A stretch of 64,000 nt of DNA from assembly GCA_040384445.1 (NCBI GenBank), contig JAZKJG010000001.1:135650-199649 (forward strand), given 5' to 3'. The notes under the pieces are model-generated. The model was not told the origin of the DNA. It worked only from the letters and a program-made list of their open reading frames with translations, and ran no database searches. A program made the translations under genes and the position numbers. Shown piece after piece: positions 30,150 through 40,143 of this stretch (position 1 is the stretch's first letter; every line of letters starts with the position of its first letter). The stretch comes from Patescibacteria group bacterium (GTDB lineage Bacteria; Patescibacteriota; Minisyncoccia; Phycocordibacterales; CAIZLB01).

Positions 30150-30299
30150 TATGAAGTCACCAAACCCCTAAAACCTCTCCTGGTCAAGCTCACAAGGCAA
30201 GATCAGGGGAGGTCTTTTTTTATCTCATACTTATTGACTTTGACAAATATCGATGTATACTCAAATTATTAGCTATATATTAAAATCAAAAACACAACA

Positions 30300-31595
30300 A
30301 TGAAAAAACTATTACTCTTAATCCCAATCATTGCACTTTTGTTTACTTTGCAGGCTTCAATCATAGCAGTTGAAGAAACTCCTGTTGTTGAGAATACGTT
30401 GGCTTTATGTACAGACGGTATTGATAACGATGGAAACTTTGTGTTAGATCTTGTTGACCCGTCTTGTGCACCTTTTATACCAGCTCCAGTTGAGAACACA
30501 TTAACTCTTTGTGGAGACCTTACTGATAACGACGGAGACTTCCTTGTTGATCAATCAGATACTGATTGTGCACCATTTGCTCCTGTTCCACCTCCAGCAG
30601 TAGAAAATACTCTAGCACTATGTACAGACACTGTAGATAATGACGGAGATCTTCTTGCAGACCAATCTGACACAGATTGTGCTCCATTTGCAGCTCCAGC
30701 TCCTGCAGTAGAGAATACATTAGCTCTATGTTCAGATGATATTGAAAATGACGGTGATATCCTGGTAGATCTTTCAGATCCAGATTGTGCTCCATTTGCA
30801 CCAATTCTATCTTCAGTTGAGAACACTCTTGTTCTATGTACTGACAATGTAGATAACGATGGAGATTTCCTAGTTGACTCATCAGATCCAGATTGTGCTC
30901 CATTTGCAGCTCCAGCTCCTGCAGTAGAGAATACATTAGCTCTATGTTCAGATGATATTGAAAATGACGGTGATATCCTGGTAGATCTTTCAGATCCAGA
31001 TTGTGCACCATTTGTCGCACAACTTTCTGCAGTAGAAAATAATCTTGTACTATGTACAGACAACATTGATAACGATGGAGATCTATTTGTAGACCTATCA
31101 GATAGTGATTGTGCTGCATTTGCAACTACAACTCCACCAACTCCAGCTCCTACAATTTCAACAAGTGGAACAGGATTCACTTCATTTAGTGGAGGAAGTT
31201 CAAATCCAATTACTGCATCATCAGGGGTAACGATCTCAGATACAATCATTGCTCCAATCGACGGTGAAATCGCAGGATGCCCAGCTCTATTTACAACATA
31301 TATGAAATTTGGACGAAAAAATCACGCTGGTGAAGTTACACGATTACAGGCTTTCTTAAACCGAAATCTTGGAACAAAACTTTCTACATCAGGATTCTTC
31401 AATGCTGAAACATTTAGTGCTGTAAAACTATTCCAGCTTAAATATTCTGACTCAGTTCTAAAGCCATGGGTAGATGCAGGTCTTTCAACAGATCTTACAA
31501 CTAACCCAAGTGGATATGTATATCTTACAACACAACGACAGATCAATCTTCTAGAATGTCCAAGTGCAAACATTCCAATGCCTGTGCTTAGATAA
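30300..31595 (+). CDS. Exported protein with seven Cys/Asp-rich repeats and a C-terminal peptidoglycan-binding domain
   Basis: 7 x VENTLxLCxDxxDNDGDxxxDxSDxDCAPF; EVTRLQAFLN...T.SAVK.FQ. Confidence 0.85.
   Translation: MKKLLLLIPIIALLFTLQASIIAVEETPVVENTLALCTDGIDNDGNFVLDLVDPSCAPFIPAPVENTLTLCGDLTDNDGDFLVDQSDTDCAPFAPVPPPAVENTLALCTDTVDNDGDLLADQSDTDCAPFAAPAPAVENTLALCSDDIENDGDILVDLSDPDCAPFAPILSSVENTLVLCTDNVDNDGDFLVDSSDPDCAPFAAPAPAVENTLALCSDDIENDGDILVDLSDPDCAPFVAQLSAVENNLVLCTDNIDNDGDLFVDLSDSDCAAFATTTPPTPAPTISTSGTGFTSFSGGSSNPITASSGVTISDTIIAPIDGEIAGCPALFTTYMKFGRKNHAGEVTRLQAFLNRNLGTKLSTSGFFNAETFSAVKLFQLKYSDSVLKPWVDAGLSTDLTTNPSGYVYLTTQRQINLLECPSANIPMPVLR
30673..31006 (+). repeat. Exact 118-bp intragenic duplication (30673-30790 = 30889-31006)
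   Basis: Direct nucleotide comparison; offset 216 bp (two repeat units). Confidence 0.9.
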
Positions 31596-31673
31596 TCTCA
31601 AAGGAAATATAAAGAGCTCCGTACTTCAGTGCGGAGTTTTTTATATGTATACATATGCTATAATTTCCGGTAT

Positions 31674-33983
31674 ATGCGACTCAAGTCACTTCACATTCAC
31701 GGCTTTAAATCATTTGCAAAGAAAGCAGATTTAACATTTAATACCGCAATCACTGGAGTAGTTGGGCCAAATGGATCAGGGAAATCAAACGTGGTAGAAG
31801 CGTTTCGTTTTGTACTTGGTGAGCAGTCACTCAAAAGTATGCGAGGGAAAAAGGGGGAAGATATGATTTTTAATGGTGGAAAAGATCTACCTCGATCTAA
31901 CCGGGCAAGTGTAAAAGTTGTGTTTGATAATGCAGTGTATGACATTAATGGCAACTACAAGAGACTGTTTGAGAGTTATAGTTTTGATGAAGTTGTGGTA
32001 GAACGAGCTGTAAATCGTGACGGTACAAATGAGTACTTAATTAACGGATCGGTATGTCGACTCAAAGATATAACCGAACTGTTATCTGAAGCAAATATTG
32101 GAGGTTCAGGACATCATATTATTTCACAAGGAGAAGCTGATCGTTTGCTTTCATCATCTAACAAAGAACGAAAGGAGATGATAGAAGATGCTCTAGGACT
32201 CAAGATGCATCAGTACAAAAAAGAAGAAAGTGAGAAGAGGTTAGTAAAAACAAAGGAACATATGCGTGAGGTTGAGTCTCTTCGACGTGAGTTGGCACCA
32301 CATTTACGATTCCTAAAAAAACAAGTTGAGAAAATAGAAAAAGCCAAGGAGCTTCGATCACAATTGATCGAGTTATATAAAGAGTATTTTGCGTATGAAA
32401 CTGTGCTCCTTGATGCAGAAGTAAAACATATAGAGGAAATGAAAAAACAGCCAACTCATGAGTTTGCTGAATTGGAAGAAAAATTAAAACGTATTCAAGA
32501 GACGCTGTCGGTCACTGATACGACATCAAAACTAACTGATGAACTCTTTAGACTTGAACAAGATTTGAAAAATGCTCGACACACAAAGGATGGATATTCA
32601 AGAGAAATTGGAAGATATGAGGGAGAAATTTCATACATTGAGAGAAGTATTGAGAAGAAAAAAGAAAAGAAAAATCTTGTTGTAGAGGAAGTTGATGCAC
32701 CTGTTTCAAGAAAGGCAATCATGGAGCTTATCCATAAGATTAAGACTACCTTATCTGATATTAGAAATGGATCATATACGTCACCTGAGGAGATAAAACA
32801 AGCATCTCAAGACCTTATAGCCCTATGTGAGGCATATACAGAGAGTGTTAAAGATACGCACCATGTTGCTGTTGAACATGATACTCAGGAAGAGGAACAT
32901 GAGCTTGTTCGAATTCAAAAACTGATTGCACATGCAGAAAAAGAAAGTGCAGAGGCAGAGCAAAAAGAGCAACATATTTTGTCTCAGTATGAAGTAGCCA
33001 AGAAAAGAATTGAAGATGAAAAAGAAAAAAATGTTGAGTCAGAAAAAGAACTATTGAAGGTCATGAGTCGGCAGCATGAAGTTCGGGCGGAACTTGATAA
33101 AATTGATGTGCGACATAGTATGTATGTGACACAGAAAGAGGCTTTCGAACGAGAGATGCATGAAGCATCAGCTTTAGTCGGACTTCTAGCCCTTCGATTT
33201 TCTGATGTCAACACTGATGTCAATCTTGACCCAGCAATTGACAAAGATGTACAAAAGCAAAGATTACATACGTTGGAGAAGTATAAAATTCGCCTTGAAG
33301 AGTTAGGTGGTGCAGGGGACGAAACAATTCACAGAGAGTATACTGAAACAGAAGAGCGAGATTTGTTTTTGGCAAATGAGCTCCATGATCTAACTACATC
33401 TCTTGCTGATCTTGAGGTGTTAATTGCAGATATTACGCGTACTGTTGCAGAAATGTTTGAGCAAGGAATTGAGAAAATAAATAGCCAGTTCTCTACATTT
33501 TTCAAACAAATGTTTGGAGGAGGTGAGGCAAGGCTTGTGATCACGCAGGAACGTAAAAGAAAAAGAAAATTAACTGATCTTGAAGATGAAGAAATGGATG
33601 AGGAGGTTTCTGAGGAAGGAGAAGTTGAAGTTGGAATTGATGTGTTTGTTTCGTTGCCACATAAAAAATTAAAAGGGCTTTCAATGCTTTCTGGGGGTGA
33701 GCGAGCACTTACTTCAATTGCATTACTCTTTGCAATGAGTCAGGTGAATCCGCCACCGTTTATTATTCTTGATGAAACTGATGCTGCGCTAGATGAAGCG
33801 AACTCAAGACGATATGGAGATATGATTGAGTTGTTGAGTCAACATTCTGAGTTGATTTTAGTTACTCATAACCGTGAGACCATGTCTCGAGCAGGGGTGT
33901 TGTATGGGGTGACGATGGGAAATGGGGGGTATTCTCAGTTGTTATCGATTGGGTTTGAGGAGGCGAGCGTGAATGCGAAGTAA
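31674..33983 (+). CDS. smc: Chromosome segregation protein SMC, short form
   Basis: GFKSFA, GPNGSGKSN, LSGGE, FIILDETDAALD, VTH; coiled coils; 769 aa from ATG 31674. Confidence 0.9.
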   Translation: MRLKSLHIHGFKSFAKKADLTFNTAITGVVGPNGSGKSNVVEAFRFVLGEQSLKSMRGKKGEDMIFNGGKDLPRSNRASVKVVFDNAVYDINGNYKRLFESYSFDEVVVERAVNRDGTNEYLINGSVCRLKDITELLSEANIGGSGHHIISQGEADRLLSSSNKERKEMIEDALGLKMHQYKKEESEKRLVKTKEHMREVESLRRELAPHLRFLKKQVEKIEKAKELRSQLIELYKEYFAYETVLLDAEVKHIEEMKKQPTHEFAELEEKLKRIQETLSVTDTTSKLTDELFRLEQDLKNARHTKDGYSREIGRYEGEISYIERSIEKKKEKKNLVVEEVDAPVSRKAIMELIHKIKTTLSDIRNGSYTSPEEIKQASQDLIALCEAYTESVKDTHHVAVEHDTQEEEHELVRIQKLIAHAEKESAEAEQKEQHILSQYEVAKKRIEDEKEKNVESEKELLKVMSRQHEVRAELDKIDVRHSMYVTQKEAFEREMHEASALVGLLALRFSDVNTDVNLDPAIDKDVQKQRLHTLEKYKIRLEELGGAGDETIHREYTETEERDLFLANELHDLTTSLADLEVLIADITRTVAEMFEQGIEKINSQFSTFFKQMFGGGEARLVITQERKRKRKLTDLEDEEMDEEVSEEGEVEVGIDVFVSLPHKKLKGLSMLSGGERALTSIALLFAMSQVNPPPFIILDETDAALDEANSRRYGDMIELLSQHSELILVTHNRETMSRAGVLYGVTMGNGGYSQLLSIGFEEASVNAK

Positions 33984-34108
33984 GAAATATAAAAGTAAAA
34001 AACACATACCCGCAGACTAGGCATGTATTTTTTACTTTTATATTTTCAAGGAAAGAGAGAAAAGAAACACCCCTTCAGTTTTTAGGCTGAGGGGTTTTGT
34101 TTTGAATT

Positions 34109-34516
34109 TTAGCCTCCGAAAAGTCTTTTCAGAGTTGTTACGATTAAATCGTGAATGTAAAGTCTGACATCTTGTCTATTTTTTATTGCATGAACTCTAA
34201 ACTTTATCCAGTCTGTATATTTAATGTTTACATGAATTGTTTTTTCTCCAAATTGAGCTATAAACTGAATTGGGGGATATAGATCAGGGCTGACAACTAT
34301 GTTGGGAAGACATAACGGATATCCACAGCAGTTTCCATGGAGGGGTGGGTGTCCTGCTTCTGTTCGAACTACATTGAGTTCGTCTTCAATTGATGTCTGT
34401 CTTATGCGGTGGCAGGAATCGTTGATGAATCTGAGAAAGGTGCATGGTGAATTTTGTCCAACTGGGTTACAAACACTATCTACTATTTCCGATGGAAGTA
34501 GGATTGGTTTATTCAT
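34109..34516 (-). CDS. Orphan protein (solo cassette)
   Basis: TTGACA(34572-77)-17-TATTGT; leader CCTTTAACCC; terminator 34064-34098. Confidence 0.6.
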   Translation of the reverse strand: MNKPILLPSEIVDSVCNPVGQNSPCTFLRFINDSCHRIRQTSIEDELNVVRTEAGHPPLHGNCCGYPLCLPNIVVSPDLYPPIQFIAQFGEKTIHVNIKYTDWIKFRVHAIKNRQDVRLYIHDLIVTTLKRLFGG

Positions 34517-34639
34517 AAGGGGGCGTGGGTTAAAGGATTCTACATAAAACAATATAAGATTTACAATCTTGTGTCAATGTGCTATTTTCACCTTAAGTAA
34601 CACTCGTATGTTACGAAATTTAGCCCTTTAATTACTCCT

Positions 34640-35401
34640 ATGAAAGACCTTCCATTGCCTAGTCGGAAAATGATTTCTGGATATCTGGATTATGCTGAGA
34701 ATAACAGAAATCTACAGCCTGCACTCCTGTGTATTGCTGAAAAGATGCTTGGACAAACAGCAACATACCTCAAAGGACCAACTCTTGTGTTTGGCTTACG
34801 CGGAAAACTTTTCGCAGAAATGCTCAATCAGAGAAATCTGTGCATCAAAATAATTGTTCTTCTTGGTTGGTTTCTGTTTGGATTATGGTATTTGGCCACT
34901 GTTCAAAACTGGCCTGTTACTCGTTCACTGTTTCTACCGTGCTTGTCGGCCTTTGTGCTTTACACCGTGATGAGACGGTTCGGGTTTTTGTCTACGAACA
35001 TAAGTTGTGGGTCAAATCCCATGTATCCAAAATTGTCTATAAAAGAATGGGATGCAAAACAAGAAGAAGAATTGTTTCGAAAATTTTGGTTAGCGCCTCA
35101 ATTTATCGATATGTTCAAGCCTGGAGCTTTCAATGATGTAAAAACTTTTGCAGAATTGCACGAATTAACTCAAGTGAGATTTAACGAACTGTTAGGTAAA
35201 TGGAAAAACGGTATGGGAACTTCGTATGAAGTTGAAGCTGAAAGAGAATTCAGAACTTTCTTTTGCCTAGCAGGGATTCTTGGAATCTTTCAAATCCCTA
35301 AAGGAGCTTCTCCAATGCAACATTTTGCCTCTATATATCCTTTGCTCTCAAGTAAGGAGGATTACCATATGGTGATCAAAAACATCCTTTCCCCAGCATG
35401 A
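34640..35401 (+). CDS. Orphan two-TM membrane protein (solo cassette)
   Basis: 253 aa; pyrimidine-rich leader; terminator 35415-35458. Confidence 0.65.
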   Translation: MKDLPLPSRKMISGYLDYAENNRNLQPALLCIAEKMLGQTATYLKGPTLVFGLRGKLFAEMLNQRNLCIKIIVLLGWFLFGLWYLATVQNWPVTRSLFLPCLSAFVLYTVMRRFGFLSTNISCGSNPMYPKLSIKEWDAKQEEELFRKFWLAPQFIDMFKPGAFNDVKTFAELHELTQVRFNELLGKWKNGMGTSYEVEAEREFRTFFCLAGILGIFQIPKGASPMQHFASIYPLLSSKEDYHMVIKNILSPA

Positions 35402-35493
35402 GTCTCATCTGTACAAAAAAACAACACCACCCTGTGTCATGCAGCGGTGGTGGTTTTTAATTTACAAAATTTCGCGAGAAATACAGAGTATAA

Positions 35494-37482
35494 CTATACT
35501 CGGAGAACCTCAAAATCCACCGCCTTATTTTCCAAATCAATTCCTCGTAATCGCACATGGATCACATCACCGAGCGTAATAATTTTCTTCGTATTCTGTC
35601 CAATCACTTTATATGTCTTTTTATCAACCTCAAAGAAATCAGTTCCAAGATCCTTTAGTCGCACAAGTCCTTCGGCCAGAGATTCTTTTTCCTGTAAAAA
35701 TATTCCAAAGTCTGCAATTCCAGACACTGTTACATCAAACTCTTCACCAATTCGTTTAGAAAGATACTCAACTTGTTTGTATCGAACAGATGCTCTCTCA
35801 GCTTCGGCCGCTTTAATTTCTTGAGCTGAAGAAACAGTTGCAATATCTTCAAGTGAATCAATAAGTCCTTGCGAAAGAGGTACTTTAGATAGAACATTTT
35901 GCATAATTCTATGTACTGTTAAGTCAGGATATCGTCGAATAGGAGAGGTAAAGTGTGTATAGTATTCAAAGGCCAATCCGAAGTGTCCAATGTTCACAGT
36001 CTTATATGCTGCTTTTGCCATAGAACGTAGCGTAGCGGTCTTTATAGTCGTTTCTGCAGGGTGTCCTGTAGCTTTGTCTAGAAGCTTTTGAATATCCTTG
36101 GCGTGCATCTTTTTTCCTGGATGAAAATCAATTCCAATTGCATTCACAAAGATTTCTAGGTCAGCAATTTTTTCTGGATCTGGTAAATCATGCACTCGGT
36201 ACATTCCAAGAAGTTTTTTAGTTCCGTGAGCATTATTAAAGAACATAAACTCAGCAACTTCTCGGTTTGCCAAAAGCATAAACTCTTCCACAAGGTGGTG
36301 AGTAAAAATTCTATCTTTTTTAAATACTTTAATCGGGAACCCGGTTGCATCAAGTTCAAACTTAATTTCATCTGATTCAAAATCAATTGCTCCTGATCTT
36401 TTTCGTGCTGCCTGTAATTCTTTTGCAAAATCTTGTAGCTTAAAGAGAGCAGGGAATTCAGTCTCATCCTTAGAATCTAAAACTTCTTGTGCGGCTTCGT
36501 ATGAAAATCTTTTATTTGAATGAATTATAGTTTTACCAAACCACTTTGAAATAATTTCGTGATTATTGTTGAATTCAAAAATTGAAGAAAACGCGAATCT
36601 ATCCTGATTTGGATTCAAACTACACATTCCGTTTGAAAGCACTTCTGGAAGCATGGGGATGGTTCGGTCAACTAAGTACACTGAAAAAGCTCGCTTTCTA
36701 GCTTCTGTATCAAGAACAGTTCCAGGTCGTACAAAGTGAGATACGTCCGCAATATGAATTCCAATCTCCACATTTCCATTTTCAAGAACTCTATATGATA
36801 ATGCATCATCAAAGTCTTTTGCATCAACAGGATCGATTGTGCATGTCCACACATCTCGCATATCTTTTCTAAGTGCTAGTTCTGCTTCAGTAATCTTTCC
36901 ATGTGCTTCTACTGATCGTGCTGCATCTGCTTCTACTTCAGGAGTATGTTCAATAGAGAATCCTGCAGCAGCCACAATAGATCTCATTTCAGCCTGATGT
37001 TCACCTTGCATACCAAAGATCTCGGTAATTTTGGCATAAAATTCACGAGTTACATCCGTATTTGTCCAACCCTCAGGAGTTGTCGTTTTCTTTATAGTAA
37101 TTTTAGGTTTTCTTGACCATTCAATTTCAACTAAAACTTTATTGCCTTTTTTTGCAGGATGTTCAGCATTTGCATCTATTGTAAATGAACAATTGAGCTT
37201 CATGTTGTCAGGTTTTGCAAAAACTTCAGTATCGGTTGTATGAGTCACAATCGCAACGTATGAATTACTTCCACGTTTTGTAACCTGTAGAATTTTTCCT
37301 TCAACTTCTCCCCATTTATTTGGTTTTGGAAATGTGTCAACTACGACTGTATCTCCAGGAAGTGCGTCTAGAATAAATTGAAGAGGAATAACAATTGAAT
37401 CTTCTTTTTTTGTCGATTGGAGTGGGCGAACGTAACCTTTTCCTTTATTGTTGAGCGCAAGCACTCCTTCGATTTGTGGCAT
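35494..37482 (-). CDS. rnr: Ribonuclease R
   Basis: TIDPVDAKDFDDA, HIADVS, EEFMLLAN, YTHFTSPIRRYPD, C-terminal S1 domain. Confidence 0.95.
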   Translation of the reverse strand: MPQIEGVLALNNKGKGYVRPLQSTKKEDSIVIPLQFILDALPGDTVVVDTFPKPNKWGEVEGKILQVTKRGSNSYVAIVTHTTDTEVFAKPDNMKLNCSFTIDANAEHPAKKGNKVLVEIEWSRKPKITIKKTTTPEGWTNTDVTREFYAKITEIFGMQGEHQAEMRSIVAAAGFSIEHTPEVEADAARSVEAHGKITEAELALRKDMRDVWTCTIDPVDAKDFDDALSYRVLENGNVEIGIHIADVSHFVRPGTVLDTEARKRAFSVYLVDRTIPMLPEVLSNGMCSLNPNQDRFAFSSIFEFNNNHEIISKWFGKTIIHSNKRFSYEAAQEVLDSKDETEFPALFKLQDFAKELQAARKRSGAIDFESDEIKFELDATGFPIKVFKKDRIFTHHLVEEFMLLANREVAEFMFFNNAHGTKKLLGMYRVHDLPDPEKIADLEIFVNAIGIDFHPGKKMHAKDIQKLLDKATGHPAETTIKTATLRSMAKAAYKTVNIGHFGLAFEYYTHFTSPIRRYPDLTVHRIMQNVLSKVPLSQGLIDSLEDIATVSSAQEIKAAEAERASVRYKQVEYLSKRIGEEFDVTVSGIADFGIFLQEKESLAEGLVRLKDLGTDFFEVDKKTYKVIGQNTKKIITLGDVIHVRLRGIDLENKAVDFEVLRV

Positions 37483-37494
37483 TGTGTAAGTATA

Positions 37495-38706
37495 TTAGAG
37501 TAGTTTCTTTAAATATTCAATAAGATTTTGCATTTCAACAGATTCCTGAGAAAGGTTTTTCATATTTCTAACCATGACTGAGTTTTGCAATGCTTCTTTA
37601 TGTCCGACAAGGAGAAGATAGGGAACATTAAGCCGTTCCGCATGTTGTAGCTGAGCAGAAATTTTTTCTTTTGAGATTGCCTGATGCATTGGGATTCTTG
37701 CGGATCGCATCATGTCCATAACTTTAAGTGTTTTAAATCGAGCCTCAGGACCAAGTTGTGCGTAAAAGAATTTTATATCACATTCCTCTATGATCTTGAT
37801 TGTTTTCTTAGGTTGCGTTGCTTTCTTTAGACCAGAAATAATCATACTTATAATAGGAACTTCTTTCTTATTTAAAATCTTCTTAGCCATATTATCATGT
37901 CGACTGCCGTGAATCTCTAGAAAATCAGCTTTAATACTGAACACAACACCACTTGTTACTTCTGGTGATTGAAACAAAAATGGTTGAATTCTAAAGTTCA
38001 TATCAAGCGCCTCGATGTATTCAAGAATTTCTTTAAATTCTGCTCGTGAAGCAGGTGAGAGGTAATCGATAGGGTTTGGAATCGTCACATCAATAGCTTC
38101 TTTTTCTCCTTTCTTCAGTTTTGGTTTTATAGAAACACCTTCAAGCATTCGATATGCCTCGTACATATCCTTCTTTACAAGTGCCGCTATATTTTTAGGA
38201 AGTGCCGCTGCATGTTTTTTATAGAAATGTTGTAATTCTTTTGAGAATTTTTGTACAGATTCTTTATCACCAACAAATGAAATTTCAACAAGAATATCTG
38301 CTTTTGGACCAAGAATTTCATGAGCAACACTGAACCCTGCTTCTATCGCAAGAGCATCGTAAATATTTTTCTTTGTACCAACAATGTGACACATGTATAT
38401 GTCTTTATCGATACTGTACCCAATATGAGCAGGTAATACATGATGTTCAAGAGTCTTATCTAATACTTTTTTCTGAATCTGTAATGCATCAGCAAGTCGA
38501 GCATCTTTTGAATACTTCTGAACAACCTTTTTTTCAAGATCAGATGGATGCGTTTTATGAGTTCCTACAAAACCAAAATGCTGCAGTGTTCGAAATACAT
38601 GCATGTGCTCAGGAATAACACCTTCACATACATTTCTCAGTTTCTTTGTTGCAGGTATCTGAATTTGAGTAATTGTTTTTTTGTGAATCTCGATAATTTT
38701 TTTCAT
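37495..38706 (-). CDS. Degenerate histidyl-tRNA synthetase-like protein with HGTP anticodon-binding domain
   Basis: C-terminal QLQHAERLNVPYLLLVG..E...SVMVRNM; GSRHD where HisS has GGRYD; class II motif 2 not recognisable. Confidence 0.65.
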   Translation of the reverse strand: MKKIIEIHKKTITQIQIPATKKLRNVCEGVIPEHMHVFRTLQHFGFVGTHKTHPSDLEKKVVQKYSKDARLADALQIQKKVLDKTLEHHVLPAHIGYSIDKDIYMCHIVGTKKNIYDALAIEAGFSVAHEILGPKADILVEISFVGDKESVQKFSKELQHFYKKHAAALPKNIAALVKKDMYEAYRMLEGVSIKPKLKKGEKEAIDVTIPNPIDYLSPASRAEFKEILEYIEALDMNFRIQPFLFQSPEVTSGVVFSIKADFLEIHGSRHDNMAKKILNKKEVPIISMIISGLKKATQPKKTIKIIEECDIKFFYAQLGPEARFKTLKVMDMMRSARIPMHQAISKEKISAQLQHAERLNVPYLLLVGHKEALQNSVMVRNMKNLSQESVEMQNLIEYLKKLL

Positions 38707-38719
38707 ATATTTGTAATAC

Positions 38720-39253
38720 TTATTTTATAGATCCTGGAAATACTCCAATCTGGTCGAAAGGGTATAGTCGAAGCACTACTCTACCTTGAATAGCTTCTTT
38801 TTTAAGAACTCCCCAAGCCCGTGAGTCATAACTTACAGCTCGATTGTCTCCCATAACAAAATATTCATCATCTTTAAGGGTAGCTTGTGCAATCCGAGCA
38901 CTTGGATGGGTAACAAAAGTCTCGTCGATTTTCTGACCATTTACAAGAGTTTCTAGCCCTGTAACTTCTATAACATCCCCTGGAATGCCAATAATTCGCT
39001 TAATAAATCGATCTTCTGCTCGGCTTTCAACTGGAGGATTAAATACAATCACATCTCCTCTCTTCGGTGCTGAAAATGTATATGTAATTTTATCAACTAA
39101 TACATAATCGCTTGTATGAAAAGTCTCATCCATAGATGACCCTGTTACACTATGAGGTTCAATCACAAATACCCGAAAAAGGATAATAAGAACCAAGTAC
39201 AAGAAAAAGCTCTTCCATGACATATCTTTACTTTTAGCTGGCGTTTTATCCAT
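38720..39253 (-). CDS. lepB: Signal peptidase I
   Basis: GSSM, RGDVIVF, FIKRIIG.PGD, YFVMGDNR..S.DSR. Confidence 0.95.
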   Translation of the reverse strand: MDKTPAKSKDMSWKSFFLYLVLIILFRVFVIEPHSVTGSSMDETFHTSDYVLVDKITYTFSAPKRGDVIVFNPPVESRAEDRFIKRIIGIPGDVIEVTGLETLVNGQKIDETFVTHPSARIAQATLKDDEYFVMGDNRAVSYDSRAWGVLKKEAIQGRVVLRLYPFDQIGVFPGSIK

Positions 39254-39276
39254 ATTACGGCTATTATAGCATATAT

Positions 39277-39825
39277 ATGAAAACCATCATAGGATTGGGA
39301 AATAAGGGTAAAGAGTACCAAAAAACACGTCACAACATAGGTGAGCATGTAGTTCGTGTGATGGCTGAAGCTATGGGTGGGACTTTTGAGTATAACAAGC
39401 ATCTTTTGTCAAATGTGGCTGAAATTGATGGAGTACAGTTCATTATCCCTGAACTATATATGAACGAGTCAGGGAAAGTGTTGGATTGTTTGTATAAAAT
39501 GAAGAATAACGAGGCAGAGTATCCTGAATTACTTATTGTACGAGACGATATTGATATGGGAATAGGAAATGTGAAGACGATATTTGATGGTGGAAGTGGG
39601 GGGCATAACGGAATTAACTCAATCCATACACATTTGAAGAGTAAAAAATTTCATCAGATTAAGATAGGTGTGTTGCCAGTAGATGCTGAGGGCAAAGTTT
39701 TGAAACCATCACAAGGCGAGGTAAATGATTTCGTAACAGGAAAGTTTACGAGGGATGAATGGGAATTGATGATTGAATCTGTAAAGAAAGCAGTAGTCTT
39801 GATTGAAGAGTTTATACAAAAATAA
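39277..39825 (+). CDS. pth: Peptidyl-tRNA hydrolase
   Basis: GLGN.G..Y..TRHNIG, YMNESG, GGHNGI motifs. Confidence 0.95.
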   Translation: MKTIIGLGNKGKEYQKTRHNIGEHVVRVMAEAMGGTFEYNKHLLSNVAEIDGVQFIIPELYMNESGKVLDCLYKMKNNEAEYPELLIVRDDIDMGIGNVKTIFDGGSGGHNGINSIHTHLKSKKFHQIKIGVLPVDAEGKVLKPSQGEVNDFVTGKFTRDEWELMIESVKKAVVLIEEFIQK

Positions 39826-39868
39826 AATCCCTTACCAGTTGGGGCTGGTAAGGAGATATTGTAAGGTT

Positions 39869-40027
39869 TTAGACCTTCGTAAGTCGTCCGCGAGGTTTAT
39901 TGGCGGGTACAGGTGCAGGGTTGGTGAGGGATTGCTTCGCTACCTCCTTTCTCTTCCTGATGATTTTACGCACGTTAAGAAGATCAGCCCATGTACGGGA
40001 GTGTGGGATCTCTTGGGATTTTGACAT
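39869..40027 (-). CDS. Small basic orphan protein, 52 aa (solo cassette, not in ORF track)
   Basis: MSKSQEIPHSRTWADLLNVRKIIRKRKEVAKQ...RGRLTKV; 5' hairpin CTCAGA/TCTGAG; terminator 39823-39857 with CCCCAA loop. Confidence 0.55.
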   Translation of the reverse strand: MSKSQEIPHSRTWADLLNVRKIIRKRKEVAKQSLTNPAPVPANKPRGRLTKV

Positions 40028-40143
40028 AGTGGTTGTATATATAGTGCTGGCCTCAGAACGTCTGAGACATGTTTTATAACACAGCTATACATATATAGCA
40101 ACAACATAAAAACCCTCAGATTTACTGAGGGTTTTTATTCGTA

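Noticed and set aside
30673-31006. Diversity-generating retroelement TR/VR pair
   Set aside because: The two copies are identical with no adenine-specific mismatches, both are in frame in one gene, and no reverse transcriptase is present.
30520-31249. Long antisense ORFs (201 and 232 aa)
   Set aside because: Shadows of the repetitive sense-strand gene.
33985-34046. Long AT-rich inverted repeat after smc (and 61535-61597 after aspS) as MITEs
   Set aside because: Each is single-copy in the window, lacks target duplication and lies between convergent genes; bidirectional terminators explain them.
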